A DNA stretch of 64,000 nucleotides from Ignavibacteria bacterium (GCA_016873835.1 VGVY01000004.1:10157-74156); one strand, 5' to 3'; numbered from the stretch's first letter, positions 9,613 through 18,269 are shown. Translations and numbers: made by a program. The notes: generated by a model from the letters alone, not told the origin.

Positions 9613-10206
9613 TTAATAAATTTTATCGAGCGGTTTACGAAATTCATTGGTCAGTTTTTTGAATTCACTTGCAGAAAAGCCGGTAACTTTCTTGAATTGT
9701 TTAGAAAGGTGTTGTACGCTGCTATAATCCAGTTTAATAGCAATTTCGCTTAATGTCAGTTCGCCGTACTTTAGTAATTCTTTTACTCGTTCTATTTTTT
9801 GTAGAATAATGTAGTGTTCAATAGTGATGCTCTCAAGTGAAGAAAAAAGAGAACTTAGATAATGATAGTCGATTTTTAATTTTTGTTCGATTATTTCCGA
9901 ATAATTTTGTACTCGATCGGAAGTGTTGGTGTCATTATAAATTGAACTTATTATTATTCCCTTAATTTGGTTAACCAGCATTGCTTTTTTATCTTCAATT
10001 AATTCAAAGCCATTTGAGTGTAATCGGCTTTTTAATTTCTCAAATGTGGATGGTGCAATTGCCTTAAAAAGTTGTACTTCTCCCAATGATATTTTTTTTA
10101 TTTTAATTCCTAGTGCAGTTAATTCATAATTCACAACTTTAATACATCTATTGCATACCATATTCTTTATATAAATAGTATTCGGATTGCTGTCACTTTT
10201 TTTCAT
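9613..10206 (-). CDS. AraC/XylS-family transcriptional regulator with N-terminal HMA-like (CxxC) domain
   Basis: The N-terminal ~70 aa have the HMA pattern with NMVCNRC. The C-terminal ~100 aa are an AraC-type HTH (LSEIAIKLDYSSVQHLSKQFKKVTGFSASEFKK). It is adjacent to and co-oriented with copZ-copA. Confidence 0.8.
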   Translation of the reverse strand: MKKSDSNPNTIYIKNMVCNRCIKVVNYELTALGIKIKKISLGEVQLFKAIAPSTFEKLKSRLHSNGFELIEDKKAMLVNQIKGIIISSIYNDTNTSDRVQNYSEIIEQKLKIDYHYLSSLFSSLESITIEHYIILQKIERVKELLKYGELTLSEIAIKLDYSSVQHLSKQFKKVTGFSASEFKKLTNEFRKPLDKIY

Positions 10207-10240
10207 TGCTTAAATGATAAATGATTATTGAAGAGGTATC

Positions 10241-10753
10241 TTACTCTGAATTTTTTTTCTTTGTTTTCAATCTATATAATTCTTTTGCTTCGTCATCATC
10301 ATATTTCCCCAATATATCGTCGCCAAGTGATTCGAGATTTTTCTTCTCATCGCTAATTAAATCTTTTCCTTTTTTGCTCAGATTTGCTTCATTAGAATTT
10401 AAGTTTTCGCTATTTGGAAAAATATTTTTGGCTTCAACTCTTTCAAATTTTGGTGGGGATTTAATACTTGGAGGTTTTGGTGTTTTATTTTGTTTAATCT
10501 TTTGAGAAGAATCATCAAGTTTCACAGATTTTTCTTTTGGAGGTAACTGGGCAAATGTTTTTGTTATTTTTTGTACTATTTGTTTTACTCTTCTTTCAGC
10601 TTTTATAGCTGGCTGAGCCAATTTTCTTACTGGTTGGTTTTCTTTTCCGTTTTTAAGTTTATTCTTATAAGAAATGTAAGAAAAAATAATTGCAAGTACA
10701 GTTAAGGCTGCTAAAACTTGGAGGACTGTAATTATTATAGGTATTAATTCCAT
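10241..10753 (-). CDS. Hypothetical single-pass membrane protein with K/E-rich low-complexity tail
   Basis: N-terminal TM helix MELIPIIITVLQVLAALTVLAIIFSYISYK followed by a charged, probably disordered region. It is a paralog of the next gene upstream. Confidence 0.5.
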   Translation of the reverse strand: MELIPIIITVLQVLAALTVLAIIFSYISYKNKLKNGKENQPVRKLAQPAIKAERRVKQIVQKITKTFAQLPPKEKSVKLDDSSQKIKQNKTPKPPSIKSPPKFERVEAKNIFPNSENLNSNEANLSKKGKDLISDEKKNLESLGDDILGKYDDDEAKELYRLKTKKKNSE

Positions 10754-10810
10754 GTGTAAAAAATAAGGAATTAATTTTATGAGAACAATTATACAGTGTG
10801 GTTTAATTTT

Positions 10811-11380
10811 TTATACAGCTTTAGTTGCTGGGACCGCGGTTAGTAACATTAAATCATTCTCAATTCCATCTGAGTAAAAACTTAAAATATTATATTTCGA
10901 AAGATCGCTTTTATAATATTGTTCTCTGTTTACTCGAGTATTTTCATTTTCTTTTTGATGAAATTTTGAAGATTCATTCATTATTAAAAGTCTATTTTTA
11001 TTTATTTGTGTTTGACTGAACGGTCTTTGCTCAACAATTCTCTTTTGTTCAAATTCTTGCTTTTGTATAGGCTTTGGAGTGTCATATTTTTCAAAATAAT
11101 TTGATGATACAACAGTCGGTTGCTGTTCATAAATCAAAGCCGAATTCTTAACAATGTTTGGTTTTATTTCCGTACGATGATTTTCTATTATAACGTTATT
11201 CCTTGGATAAATAATTGATTTTGGACTACTAGTAGTTTCTTTCTTTTTTCTGATTTGTTCTTCAATTACTGGGTTAGTTTTTCCTTTCGCTTTGAAAGAT
11301 GCATATGATATTAACAAAACTACCATCAGCATACCAAAAAAGAGAATTAGACTTGTATATATAATAGGAACTAGACTCAT
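10811..11380 (-). CDS. Hypothetical single-pass membrane protein, paralog of 10241-10753
   Basis: I chose the internal ATG at 11380 (MSLVPIIYTSL...LLISYASFK) because it aligns with the MELIPII...IFSYISYK start of the neighbour. The listed ORF extends to 11431. Confidence 0.5.
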   Translation of the reverse strand: MSLVPIIYTSLILFFGMLMVVLLISYASFKAKGKTNPVIEEQIRKKKETTSSPKSIIYPRNNVIIENHRTEIKPNIVKNSALIYEQQPTVVSSNYFEKYDTPKPIQKQEFEQKRIVEQRPFSQTQINKNRLLIMNESSKFHQKENENTRVNREQYYKSDLSKYNILSFYSDGIENDLMLLTAVPATKAV

Positions 11381-11583
11381 AATTTTTCCAAGTTTTTTTC
11401 TAATACTATTACAAACCTTATACCACAACAAAATATGGATTTATCAAGCTTTTTTAATGATTATTGGTCTAAATATTAGATATTGCTCAAATATGATACA
11501 CTTTAAATCCGTTTTTATACATCGTCATTTACAATTATCAAAATTCAGCTAAGTTATTTGTTTATTGGATTTTAAATCAATAT

Positions 11584-11612
11584 TTGATATTTTTCCACGC
11601 TTAAAATATAAA
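11584..11612 (+). promoter_or_regulatory. Sigma70-like promoter candidate for the HU/IHF gene
   Basis: TTGATA (11584-11589), 17-nt spacer, TATAAA (11607-11612), about 25 nt upstream of ATG 11638. Confidence 0.4.
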
Positions 11613-11637
11613 CAATTGAGTAAAACTGAGGTTCAAT

Positions 11638-11937
11638 ATGACTAAAGCAGATATAGTCGAAAAAGTTGCACTCGGAACTGGTCTCACAAAGCTTGAAACA
11701 GAAGCAATTATTGAAGGTTTTTTAAATACTGTAATTCAAGCTTTAAGAGAAGGAAATGGGATTGAAATAAGGGGATTTGGCAGTTATAAAGTAAAAATGA
11801 AAAAAGCCAGATATGCACGTAACCCAAGGACCGGCGAAAAAGTATATGTAGGAGATCATTTTGTTCCAACATTTAAATTTTCGAAAGACTTTAAAGCCTT
11901 GGTTGACTCTGGTATGAAAGAATTGAAAAACAATTAA
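11638..11937 (+). CDS. HU/IHF-family DNA-binding protein
   Basis: 99 aa with the HU/IHF arm motif RGFGSYKVKMKKARYARNPRTGEKV. Confidence 0.9.
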   Translation: MTKADIVEKVALGTGLTKLETEAIIEGFLNTVIQALREGNGIEIRGFGSYKVKMKKARYARNPRTGEKVYVGDHFVPTFKFSKDFKALVDSGMKELKNN

Positions 11938-11948
11938 TTTGAGTTGAT

Positions 11949-12674
11949 GTGAAAGAAATAATTAAATGCTCAGTGTGCGGAGAAGAAATAAGAATTGAAT
12001 CAAATTTTTGTTCAAGTTGCGGTTCAGCAATTAGAATTAATAATAATTCTAGCAAAGAGAAAGAAGTTTCTAAGCGGAAATCGACAAAACAGAAAAAGAA
12101 TAGTGCTGAACAAGAATTTCAAACAATATCTAAAACTAAAATACTCTACTTAATTTTCACTTTGATATTAATTGGAGCTATTATTTTAGTTGCTTCTGGT
12201 ATTTTTGATTCTTCAACTGTAACCTCATTAAATGATTCTAATTTTGAGGATGTTCATCAAGGGGTTGATTTAACTAATCTTAATAAAATTAATTCTCTAG
12301 AAGAAGAATTAAAAAACCAGCCAAACGATGCTAAATTATTGGATTTAGCTCACTTATTGAATGATTCTGGATTTAAAGAAAAAGCAATTGAAAAATATAA
12401 ATTATATTTGAAATCAAATCCTGGTGTAGCAGATGTTTTGGTAGATCTTGGTGTTTGTTATTATGAAATTGGAAAGAATGATGAGGCAATTAAATGGATG
12501 AAGGAAGCTTTAAAGAATGAACCAAATCATCAAATTGCACATTTAAATATTGGAATAGTGAACATGTCTTCCGGGAGAAAAGAAGAAGCAATTGATTGGT
12601 GGGAAAAAACTATTTCAATTAATCCGAATAACAATATTGGTAAACGAGCACAAGATTTAATTAATCAAAAATAA
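11949..12674 (+). CDS. Zinc-ribbon / TM / TPR-repeat protein
   Basis: N-terminal CSVCGEE...CSSCG zinc ribbon, one TM helix, and C-terminal TPR-like repeats (AIEKYKLYLKSNP, AIKWMKEALKNEP, AIDWWEKTISINP). GTG start. Confidence 0.7.
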   Translation: MKEIIKCSVCGEEIRIESNFCSSCGSAIRINNNSSKEKEVSKRKSTKQKKNSAEQEFQTISKTKILYLIFTLILIGAIILVASGIFDSSTVTSLNDSNFEDVHQGVDLTNLNKINSLEEELKNQPNDAKLLDLAHLLNDSGFKEKAIEKYKLYLKSNPGVADVLVDLGVCYYEIGKNDEAIKWMKEALKNEPNHQIAHLNIGIVNMSSGRKEEAIDWWEKTISINPNNNIGKRAQDLINQK

Positions 12675-12685
12675 GGAGCCTTAAT

Positions 12686-12781
12686 ATGCCGTGCGGCAGA
12701 AAAAGAAAACGCCATAAAATGGCAACTCACAAAAGAAAGAAACGCCTTCGTAAGAATCGTCACAAAAAGAAATTAAGATAG
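12686..12781 (+). CDS. Unlisted 31-aa highly basic protein, possibly a bS22/mS38-like small ribosomal protein
   Basis: ATG 12686 is preceded by AAGGAG (12673-12678). It encodes MPCGRKRKRHKMATHKRKKRLRKNRHKKKLR, in which 18 of 31 residues are K/R. Stop TAG at 12779-12781. Confidence 0.5.
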   Translation: MPCGRKRKRHKMATHKRKKRLRKNRHKKKLR

Positions 12782-12804
12782 CATCAATTTAACCTACATT
12801 TAGT

Positions 12805-12877
12805 GCCACCTTAGCTCAGCTGGTAGAGCAGCGCATTCGTAATGCGCGGGTCGGCGGTTCAAGTCCGCCAGGTGGCT
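12805..12877 (+). tRNA. tRNA-Thr (anticodon CGU)
   Basis: Hand-folded cloverleaf: acceptor GCCACCT/AGGTGGC, D stem GCTC/GAGC, anticodon stem GCGCA/TGCGC with loop TTCGTAA, T arm GGCGG-TTCAAGT-CCGCC, discriminator T. 73 nt, no encoded CCA. Confidence 0.9.
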
Positions 12878-12997
12878 CTCAATTGAACTCCCTTCCGCAA
12901 AAGTTTTTTTTGTAAACTTACCTTTTGACTCATCATATTAAGTAGAAACTCCCAAAAAGGAATTATAGTATTTTCCTCATTTTTTAAGAAAAATTTC

Positions 12998-13027
12998 TTG
13001 ACAATCCCAAAGAAAAACAGTTATTTT
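12998..13027 (+). promoter_or_regulatory. Sigma70-like promoter candidate for the dcw cluster
   Basis: TTGACA (12998-13003), 18-nt spacer, TATTTT (13022-13027), 49 nt upstream of the mraZ ATG. The same TTGAC-N17/18-TATYTT pattern recurs at 61297 and 61377. Confidence 0.4.
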
Positions 13028-13028
13028 G

Positions 13029-13064
13029 CAATTGGGTGGGTAAAAGTGTTTAATATTCCCAATT
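13029..13064 (+). promoter_or_regulatory. Candidate MraZ operator region (TGGG/CCCA repeats)
   Basis: ATTGGGTGGGTAAAAGTGTT lies immediately downstream of the -10 element. AATTGGG (13030-13036) and CCCAATT (13058-13064) form an inverted repeat. TCCCAA hexamers also occur at about 12950 and 13005. Confidence 0.3.
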
Positions 13065-13075
13065 AATGGTGAATT

Positions 13076-13525
13076 ATGTTTATAGGAAGTTTTAATTATT
13101 CGGTAGATGCTAAAGGACGAGTAAGCATCCCATCACGTTTCAAAAAATATGTTATTCAAGAATCGAATGATTCTTTCATAATTACTCGAGGCATAATTCA
13201 ATGTATAGACATATATCCATTTGATTATTGGAAAAATGATGTGTTGATAAGAATAAATCAGATTGATGATTTTGATACAGACGAAGCAGTATTCAAAAGA
13301 GAATTTCTAGAATTAGCCGCAGAAGACAAACTGGATTCACAATCAAGATTATTGATACCAAAAAATTTATTAGAGTTTGCAAGTATCGAAAGAGAAGTGT
13401 TGATTCTCGGACAGAACAAAAAAATTGAAGTATGGAATCCGGAAATATATTCTGACTATAAAAAAGAAAACTCAAAACCATTTGCAGAAATTGCTAAACA
13501 GGTAATGCAGAAAAAACTAAAATGA
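13076..13525 (+). CDS. mraZ: Transcriptional regulator MraZ
   Basis: 149 aa with duplicated SpoVT/AbrB-like units (DAKGRVSIPSRF and DSQSRLLIPKNL). First gene of the dcw cluster. Confidence 0.9.
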   Translation: MFIGSFNYSVDAKGRVSIPSRFKKYVIQESNDSFIITRGIIQCIDIYPFDYWKNDVLIRINQIDDFDTDEAVFKREFLELAAEDKLDSQSRLLIPKNLLEFASIEREVLILGQNKKIEVWNPEIYSDYKKENSKPFAEIAKQVMQKKLK

Positions 13526-14448
13526 ATCAACATGTACCGGTTCTCTTAAAGGAGAGCGTTGATTTATTAATAAAAAATAAAAACGGAATTTATTTCGATG
13601 GTACAATTGGATTTGGTGGGCACTCTTCAGAGATTATTACTAGACTACAGCAAAAAGGAAAGCTTATTGCAACTGATAAAGACATTGAAGCTTTTGTTCA
13701 TTCCCAAAGAAAATTTGCAGACGATAAACGGATTTCTGTTTACAATGCAAGCTTTACCGAGATTGATACGATAGCAAAAATTGAGTTCATTGAAAAATTT
13801 GACGGCATCTTTGTAGATCTTGGGGTCTCTTCCTATCAGCTCGATAATGTCGAATCGGGTTTTACATTTAGAGAGGATTCACCCCTCGATCTAAGGATGA
13901 ATAAAAAGAGTGGCATTTCTGCTTCTTATCTTTTAAATAATTTTACGCAAGAACAAATTTCTGAAATACTATTTACATATGGTGAAGAAAAGCTTTCAAG
14001 GAAAATAGCTCGATTTATTGTTGAAAAAAGAGAAGTAGAAAAATTTAATTCAACACTGCAACTAAAAAAAATTGTTGAAAAAGTAATTCCTCCAAACTAT
14101 GTGAATAAATCATTATCAAGAATTTTTCAAGCATTAAGAATCTATGTTAACAACGAATTAGAAGAACTCAAAAATTTTTTAGATAAATCCATCGATTTGC
14201 TATGCAACGGTGGAAGGCTCGTTATACTTTCTTATCATTCGTTGGAGGACAGAATAGTAAAAGAGAAGTTCAAATATGAAAGCCTTAGATGTGTTTGTCC
14301 GCCTAAAACACCAATATGTATTTGCGGCAAAAAGCAAAGTTTAATTCTTTTAAATAGTAAACCAATTATTCCAAGTGATTTGGAAATTAATAAAAATCGC
14401 AGAGCACGAAGTGCTAAATTAAGAGTTGCTGAAAAAGTTCAATCATGA
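13522..14448 (+). CDS. rsmH: 16S rRNA (cytosine1402-N4)-methyltransferase
   Basis: Motifs DGTIGFGGHS, DLGVSSYQLD, FTFREDSPLDLRM and SYHSLEDRIVK. 4-nt overlap with mraZ. Confidence 0.95.
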   Translation: MNQHVPVLLKESVDLLIKNKNGIYFDGTIGFGGHSSEIITRLQQKGKLIATDKDIEAFVHSQRKFADDKRISVYNASFTEIDTIAKIEFIEKFDGIFVDLGVSSYQLDNVESGFTFREDSPLDLRMNKKSGISASYLLNNFTQEQISEILFTYGEEKLSRKIARFIVEKREVEKFNSTLQLKKIVEKVIPPNYVNKSLSRIFQALRIYVNNELEELKNFLDKSIDLLCNGGRLVILSYHSLEDRIVKEKFKYESLRCVCPPKTPICICGKKQSLILLNSKPIIPSDLEINKNRRARSAKLRVAEKVQS

Positions 14449-14768
14449 AAGGTGAATCACTAAGAAATTTTATCATAATAGTAATTGCTTTAGCAATAAT
14501 TGTGTTTGCATATGTAGCAACTCTAAATGAAATAAAAAATTTAAATAAAGATAAACTCACTAAAGTTGAACAATTGAATGCACTAAATAATAAAATAGAA
14601 GCAAATATTGTTCAAGTGCAAAAGTTAACGTCGGAAGATAGAATTACAAAATTCGCAATTGATTCACTACAGATGAAAAAACCTACTACCAATATTGAAG
14701 TAGTTATTGTTTCAAGAGATCAAATAAAACAATTAGAAAAAATACTTCAAGAGAAGTATGATAAATAA
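14445..14768 (+). CDS. ftsL: Cell division protein FtsL-like (TM plus coiled coil)
   Basis: 107 aa with a single N-terminal TM helix followed by a heptad-like region. Located between rsmH and ftsI. Confidence 0.6.
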   Translation: MKGESLRNFIIIVIALAIIVFAYVATLNEIKNLNKDKLTKVEQLNALNNKIEANIVQVQKLTSEDRITKFAIDSLQMKKPTTNIEVVIVSRDQIKQLEKILQEKYDK

Positions 14769-16800
14769 ACGAGCATTATTAATAACCGGAATAATTATTA
14801 TTTGTTTCATTGGACTCGCAGTTCGTCTTTTCAATATACAAGTAATTAACCACGATTATTATTCGTTAATCGCGATCAAGCAGCAGAATAAACCTCAAAT
14901 AGTGAAGGCAGAAAGAGGTTTAATAAAAGATACTAACGGAGAAATTTTAGCCTATACTCAGCACTATGTATCATTCTATGCTGATACAAGAATGCTTAAA
15001 AATCCAAAAGCAATTCAAGATAAAAAAAATAGGATAGATTCAATTACAATTTTATTTTCGAAAAAATTTGGAAAAAGTAAAGCTTATTATAAAAAGTTAA
15101 TTGATGACGGTGTAAAGGATGTATGCCTTGAAAAGAAAGTACCCATTGATATTGCAATTGAAATAAAAAAAAATGTAATCGATGGATTGTTCTATATTGA
15201 TGATTTTACAAGAGTTTACCCATATGGAAGCCTCGCTTCACATGTGCTTGGATATGTTAATAAAGAATTCATAGGTAAAGACGGAATTGAAAGACAATTT
15301 GATAAATTTTTAACTGGAAGTGACGGATATTATGTTTATGAAAGTGATGTATTGGGCAGAATAATATCAATTGATGAAAATTTATCTCGCAATCCTAATT
15401 CTGGTGCAAACGTTGAATTGACAATCAACAAAACCTATCAACAAATACTAGAAGAAGAATTAGAAGCTGGAGTCAAGAATTATCAAGCTGAATCTGCCAT
15501 TGGGATTATTGCTGTTCCGAATACTGGTGAAATTTTAGCACTTGCAAATGTTCCATTTTATGATCCAGCTAATTATGAATTATTTCCAGCTGATGCTCTT
15601 AGGAATAGAACATTAACAGATCCTTATGAACCAGGCTCGACAATTAAATCAATAATCATGTCAATTCTCTTTGAGGAGAAGCTGGCAGTTGAGTCGGAAA
15701 TATTAGATACCGAAAATGGTAAATATAAAATTAGAACGGCAACTATTAGTGATACACATCCACACGAGAGATTAACTATTAGAGAAATTCTTGAGCAGTC
15801 TAGTAATATTGGAATGGCTAAACTTTCAGATCGAATTCCGAATGAAATGATTTATAAATATTTGAGAGATTTCGGATTTACTAATCTATCTTCAATTGAT
15901 CTACCTGGTGAAGCTTCTGGTTACTTAAAAAAACCGAGTACATTTTCTGCCTTAACAAAACCATTCCTTTCTTTTGGTTATGAAATATCAGTTACACCTC
16001 TTCAGTTAATTATGGCTTACAGCGCAATTGTAAACGGTGGGTTATTGTTTCAACCGTTCATATTAAAAAGGATAACTGATTCAAATGGGAAAGAAATACT
16101 GAACTCTTCACCTATGAAAATAAGAAATGTAATAAATAAAAATACTTCGCAATTGATGAAGAATATTATGGTGGGAGTGATTGAAAATGGAACGGGAAAA
16201 GCTGCGCAATTAGATAATGTTTTAGTAGGCGGAAAAACTGGAACTTCTCAACAATTAGTAGATAATTCTTATTCAAGCAGCAAACACAATTCTTCTTTTA
16301 TTGGATTTTTTCCGGCTGAAAATCCAAAAGTTATTTGCTTAATTTTATTAAAAGCACCTCAAATTGGAAAATATGGCGGATTAGTTTCTGCACCCGTTTT
16401 TCAAAAAGTTGCCAAGAGAATGGTTGAATCAGATTTGAATTTAATTCCAAGCAATAAAACAATTGACCGCAATAAAAACTTAGTTGATCAACTCATTACG
16501 GAAATAAAAACCACTCCCAAGAGAAAATCAAATACTTATATGAATATAGCATCTTCAGATAAAAAACTAAATTCTAGGAGTTTCTTTAATGGCGCAAGGA
16601 CAACAATGCCTAATTTAATTGATAATTCACTTAGAGATGCGCTAGCAAAATTGAATGAATTAGGGTTGGAGTACAAAGTGGTTGGTACTGGCAGAGTAAT
16701 AGAACAAAGTATTGAAAGTGGTGTGCAGATCTCTGCCGGCGATACATGTGTAATTAAATGCATACCGCCAAACAAAGTTTTTAAAGAGAGAATTAACTGA
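14758..16800 (+). CDS. ftsI: Class B penicillin-binding protein (division transpeptidase) with C-terminal PASTA domain
   Basis: N-terminal TM and PBP dimer region. Transpeptidase motifs GSTIKS (SxxK), SSN and KTGTS. The C-terminal ~64 aa (from 16606) look like a PASTA unit (MPNLIDNSLRDALAKLNELGLEYKVVGTGRVIEQS). Confidence 0.9.
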   Translation: MINKRALLITGIIIICFIGLAVRLFNIQVINHDYYSLIAIKQQNKPQIVKAERGLIKDTNGEILAYTQHYVSFYADTRMLKNPKAIQDKKNRIDSITILFSKKFGKSKAYYKKLIDDGVKDVCLEKKVPIDIAIEIKKNVIDGLFYIDDFTRVYPYGSLASHVLGYVNKEFIGKDGIERQFDKFLTGSDGYYVYESDVLGRIISIDENLSRNPNSGANVELTINKTYQQILEEELEAGVKNYQAESAIGIIAVPNTGEILALANVPFYDPANYELFPADALRNRTLTDPYEPGSTIKSIIMSILFEEKLAVESEILDTENGKYKIRTATISDTHPHERLTIREILEQSSNIGMAKLSDRIPNEMIYKYLRDFGFTNLSSIDLPGEASGYLKKPSTFSALTKPFLSFGYEISVTPLQLIMAYSAIVNGGLLFQPFILKRITDSNGKEILNSSPMKIRNVINKNTSQLMKNIMVGVIENGTGKAAQLDNVLVGGKTGTSQQLVDNSYSSSKHNSSFIGFFPAENPKVICLILLKAPQIGKYGGLVSAPVFQKVAKRMVESDLNLIPSNKTIDRNKNLVDQLITEIKTTPKRKSNTYMNIASSDKKLNSRSFFNGARTTMPNLIDNSLRDALAKLNELGLEYKVVGTGRVIEQSIESGVQISAGDTCVIKCIPPNKVFKERIN

Positions 16801-18269
16801 TGAATTTATCACATTTGCTAAATAATGTTAATGTGATTCAAGTTATTGGAAATGCTGAATCAAAAGAAATAGATTCCATAACTATTGATTCAAGAACTGT
16901 TAAACCAAATTCTCTTTTTTTCGCAATTGAAGGGTTAAAAACCGACGGACATAATTTCATTAATGATGCAATTAATAAAAACGCTTGTGCTATTGTATTA
17001 CAAAAGGCAAATGCAGTACCTGATCAGATTTTTATTCATAATGGAGTTGTTAAAATATTAGTTGAGAATTCTCGGAAAGCACTAGCAGAGTTTTCAAACC
17101 TATTCTATGGTAAGCCTTCTCATAAACTTAATCTCACGGGAATAACTGGTACAAAAGGAAAAACAACCACAGCTTTTTATGTAAAAAATGTTTTTCAAAC
17201 TGCTGGTTTTAAAACTGGACTAATAGGAACTATTGCGAATTATATTGATGAAAAAGAAGTAAAAACACTATTAACCACTCCGCAATCTAATGACCTTAAT
17301 CAGCTGCTTGCTCAAATGCATCAGGAAAATTGTTCTCATTGCGTAATGGAAGTTTCTTCTCATGCACTTGATTTGCACAGAGTAGATCACATTAATTTTT
17401 CTGGTGCGATCTTCACAAATATTACTTCTGATCACATGGATTATCATAAGACTTTCGAGCATTATCTAAAATCGAAAAAAATTTTATTTGATATGCTATT
17501 TAAAGATGGAAAAATTGTTTATAACTCGGATGATCCAAATTCAAATTCTATTATTAAAGATTCTCATGCTCACAAATTTTCAATTGGGATGAATAAAGAT
17601 GCTCAATTCAGAATTCAGAATTTGGAATTCAACCTTGATGGGACGACATTCTCAGTAATTTATAAAAATCAAGAATTAAAAATATTAACGAAACTAGTTG
17701 GTCATTTCAATGCTTACAATGCAACTTTGGCATTCGCTATGGCTGTGATAAATGGAATCGATCCAATTTTAGCTGTACATGGAATAAATAAAACACCTCA
17801 GGTTCCCGGAAGATTTGAAGTAATATCAAATAAAGATAAAAAAGTGATTGTCGATTATGCCCATACTTCTGATAGCCTACAACAAGCGCTGAAAGCAGTC
17901 AAACATATTGTAAAGGATGAAAGACCGATTTACACAGTTTTTGGTTGTGGTGGAGATAGAGATAAAACGAAAAGACCAATAATGGGTAATATAGCAGCTT
18001 CGATGAGTGACAGAGTTTACGTAACCTCAGATAATCCCAGAACAGAAGACCCGTTCATTATTATAGATGAAATTCTTAATGGTATTACAACAAATAATTA
18101 TAGAGTACTAGAAAATCGCGAAGAAGCTATTCAAGCTGCAATTTTAGAAAGCGAAGACAATGCAGTTGTTTTGATAGCTGGTAAAGGACATGAGAACTAT
18201 CAAGAGATCAATGGAATAAGAAATCATTTTTCAGATAAAGAAATTGCACAGAAATATTTGTCAATATGA
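16800..18269 (+). CDS. murE: UDP-N-acetylmuramoyl-L-alanyl-D-glutamate--2,6-diaminopimelate ligase
   Basis: Mur ligase P-loop GITGTKGKTTT. The DNPR motif (VTSDNPRTEDP) is typical of meso-DAP-adding MurE. dcw position. Confidence 0.9.
   Translation: MNLSHLLNNVNVIQVIGNAESKEIDSITIDSRTVKPNSLFFAIEGLKTDGHNFINDAINKNACAIVLQKANAVPDQIFIHNGVVKILVENSRKALAEFSNLFYGKPSHKLNLTGITGTKGKTTTAFYVKNVFQTAGFKTGLIGTIANYIDEKEVKTLLTTPQSNDLNQLLAQMHQENCSHCVMEVSSHALDLHRVDHINFSGAIFTNITSDHMDYHKTFEHYLKSKKILFDMLFKDGKIVYNSDDPNSNSIIKDSHAHKFSIGMNKDAQFRIQNLEFNLDGTTFSVIYKNQELKILTKLVGHFNAYNATLAFAMAVINGIDPILAVHGINKTPQVPGRFEVISNKDKKVIVDYAHTSDSLQQALKAVKHIVKDERPIYTVFGCGGDRDKTKRPIMGNIAASMSDRVYVTSDNPRTEDPFIIIDEILNGITTNNYRVLENREEAIQAAILESEDNAVVLIAGKGHENYQEINGIRNHFSDKEIAQKYLSI

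Noticed and set aside
10221-10505. 94-aa plus-strand ORF overlapping the 10241-10753 gene
   Set aside because: The product is a Phe/Ser-rich mirror of the K/E-rich minus-strand protein. The minus-strand reading has a clean TM anchor and a paralog next door, so it is preferred.
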